From Escherichia phage vB_EcoS_UTEC10, in the sequence record PP291582.1: a stretch of 44,773 nucleotides of DNA, one strand, 5' to 3'. The position numbers and the translations under genes are program-made. Below, piece by piece: positions 42,859 through 44,773 of the stretch; the stretch's first letter is position 1; every line of letters begins with the position of its first letter. Under the pieces are notes generated by a model. The model made no database searches. It had not been told where the DNA came from and saw only the letters and a list, made by a program, of their open reading frames with translations.

Positions 42859-44109
42859 TTAAAGTGCGAAAGTCACCGGGATGTTGATTACGGGTTTAAC
42901 CACCGGCATCTCGTAAACTACAGGATAGCCGAGAGCATCTGCCATATGGTCAATGATGCCGTCTTTAGCGGGCTCTCCGTTATCGTCGTATGCCTGCTGC
43001 TCCAGCGTCTTCGCTATCTCAGGGCATAAGTGGTCGTTAACCCACAGCTTACCTTTTTCCAGCGCGGTATTCACCGCTAAAACACGGTCTTTAACCGGGG
43101 GGTTGGCTGATTTAGCGCGAACATCAAAACCGGCCTGCTGGAGTAACGCGATATCTGAGATTGATGCTGAGTTGGTCTTGCGGTTCTTACCGCTGGCGTC
43201 GGGGTAAACGACAATGCGGTGGCCTTGCGACTTCCACTTCTCGGTAATTACGCGCACAGTATCTGGCGTATCGAACAAGCCTTTCAGTTCAGCCACCGCG
43301 TGCCATCCGTCTTTACGCTGCACATACACTGCGCTTGCGTTCTTCGTAACGTTGAAGTCCTGCCCGATGTACAGTGTGTCGCCGGGTTGAATTGTCTCTT
43401 TGCTGCGGTGCTTATGGCGGTCGTATGCGTAATACACGCTGCCGGACGTCAGGTTTACGAACTCACCATTCAGATACGCGTTAATCAGTTGCGCCGGGTA
43501 AGTCTCTGTCAGCGAGCTAATGTAATCCGGGGGAAGGAATCGCGCATTCTCGTGAGTTGATGCCTGCACCATTGAGTAACTCGGTGTGGGGTTCTCTTTG
43601 AACTTGGCGTAGACGAACTTGAACCCTTCCGGCGTCGTGGTGACGGAGATGTGGTTGGTTACACCAGGAATAACAAGTCGCATACGGGCTACGATTTTAT
43701 TCCACGCCAGCTCCGCTTTTTCCCGGCTCAATACGTCCAACTCATCCACGACCGCAGCGGCGATCTTGAAACCGACTATCGAGCCGGGGTTATCCATTGA
43801 ACGGCAGATAACGGTCCCGAGCACAGTCTTACCGCGAGTTACAACGACTTCTTTGTCGCCGGATTTAACCAGCACATCAAGGCCAAGCAGGTTAGCCGCT
43901 TCCTCGAATGTCGGGTAGAAGATGTCACGTATGGCCGGGTATGTCGGGCCGAAGTAGCCCAGGCGCGTACCGGGGTGCTTGAGCATAAACGTAAGCAGGT
44001 CGAGACATCCGACGAATGTCTTGCCGCTACCGAAGCCGCCGACATAGGCTTTGTACTTGTTATCGCAATTCAGGAACAGTGCCTGTGGCGCGGATAGCTG
44101 AATACTCAT
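42859..44109 (-). CDS. terL: terminase large subunit
   Basis: Walker A GGFGSGKT and Walker B-like AAAVVDELD; C-terminal nuclease-like region; ATGA overlap with the TerS gene. Confidence 0.85.
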   Translation of the reverse strand: MSIQLSAPQALFLNCDNKYKAYVGGFGSGKTFVGCLDLLTFMLKHPGTRLGYFGPTYPAIRDIFYPTFEEAANLLGLDVLVKSGDKEVVVTRGKTVLGTVICRSMDNPGSIVGFKIAAAVVDELDVLSREKAELAWNKIVARMRLVIPGVTNHISVTTTPEGFKFVYAKFKENPTPSYSMVQASTHENARFLPPDYISSLTETYPAQLINAYLNGEFVNLTSGSVYYAYDRHKHRSKETIQPGDTLYIGQDFNVTKNASAVYVQRKDGWHAVAELKGLFDTPDTVRVITEKWKSQGHRIVVYPDASGKNRKTNSASISDIALLQQAGFDVRAKSANPPVKDRVLAVNTALEKGKLWVNDHLCPEIAKTLEQQAYDDNGEPAKDGIIDHMADALGYPVVYEMPVVKPVINIPVTFAL

Positions 44110-44651
44110 TCCTCTACCTCGCCCATATTCGTTGTTACGATTTTACCTACAGGCTCCGCGACACTGAAAATAATCTCAGTCGGTGCTGTTTCTTCGGTGG
44201 ATTCAACCGGTTTCTCTTTGCCGAGACCCAGTTTAGCGGCGGCAAACGTAGCAGAAATACCGGCGGCCCCTGTCTCGGTGAAGTATGCCTCTTCCAACGC
44301 CTGCGCGGTTTCATATGCTTCTGCAAATGCGGGAATCTCGCGCAACCACAGCTTAATAATCGGGATAGTGACGCCGATGTGCAAGGCAAAACGGGCCAAT
44401 GACGGTGGTTTATCCTGAATCAGCGGGCGTTCGTCACCCTTTGACGTAGGCACTAGTTCCCACGACGTGCGGTCGAAGAAACGAATCAATTCGTCGCAAT
44501 AGTCCGGGTCCCACAACGCGGCGGAATTACGGGATGATTGATAAAGGCTCTGTTTACCGCGCGGTCGTTTACGACGACGGTTTGCGCTAACAGCTTCTTC
44601 ATGTGCCGCTTGCACCACCTCTGGCGATGGCTGCTTAAGTTTCAGCTTCAT
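44106..44651 (-). CDS. terS: terminase small subunit
   Basis: Position upstream of TerL; internal ATG 44651 with AAGGGGA RBS (track ORF extends to 44690). Confidence 0.55.
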   Translation of the reverse strand: MKLKLKQPSPEVVQAAHEEAVSANRRRKRPRGKQSLYQSSRNSAALWDPDYCDELIRFFDRTSWELVPTSKGDERPLIQDKPPSLARFALHIGVTIPIIKLWLREIPAFAEAYETAQALEEAYFTETGAAGISATFAAAKLGLGKEKPVESTEETAPTEIIFSVAEPVGKIVTTNMGEVEE

Positions 44652-44749
44652 AGAATCCCCTTGCATATGCGTCTGACCATCAGAGCGCACCAGACGCGCC
44701 CTACGCGTCTAAAGGGATTATATAAGGGGATTGGGCGGGATGTACAGAA

Positions 44750-44769
44750 AAGCCCTCCGTAGAGGGCTT
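44750..44769 (-). terminator. hairpin terminator at the right end of the window
   Basis: AAGCCCTC-CGTA-GAGGGCTT followed by TTTTCT on the minus strand; would end the leftward early operon if the genome is circular/permuted. Confidence 0.4.
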
Positions 44770-44773
44770 GTGG

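Noticed and set aside
1-44773. CRISPR array, integrase/attachment site, reverse transcriptase or diversity-generating retroelement
   Set aside because: No regularly spaced direct repeats, no tyrosine or serine recombinase-like ORF, and no ORF with reverse transcriptase motifs was seen; the repeats present are promoter and terminator elements.

Overview
This window reads as a complete or near-complete, circularly permuted genome of a tailed dsDNA siphovirus of enterobacteria (about 44.8 kb), with no integrase, tRNA, CRISPR array or reverse transcriptase detected. All calls are from reading the sequence and ORF track by eye; no database search or folding was run. Layout: (1) 1-6.7 kb, minus strand: a chain of small early genes joined by ATGA stop/start overlaps, plus a holin-endolysin cassette and an HslV-like peptidase; (2) 7.1-19.1 kb, plus strand: replication module (primase-helicase, Cas4-like exonuclease, SSB-like protein, family A DNA polymerase, VRR-NUC, C5-methyltransferase-like protein, SNF2 helicase, Toprim) with a lone divergent XRE-type regulator; (3) 19.1-28.9 kb, minus strand: tailspike, J-like tail tip, minor tail proteins, tape measure and G/GT-type chaperones; (4) 31.4-44.7 kb, minus strand: major tail, connector proteins, capsid, scaffold, spanins, head morphogenesis, portal, TerL, TerS. 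Three plus-strand cassettes sit inside the minus-strand structural module, each with the same promoter/operator-like element and a GGCCCC-stem terminator. The most interesting is 28.97-31.46 kb, between the tail chaperone and major tail genes: an Imm-like membrane protein, an HTH-metallophosphoesterase fusion, a Pnk-type HAD phosphatase and a P-loop kinase, a candidate nucleic-acid end-healing, nucleotide-metabolism or anti-defence module. The same inverted repeat (AATAG-N4-CTATT) lies between the -35 and -10 elements of at least eight promoters, suggesting one phage-encoded regulator controls early, replication and accessory genes.
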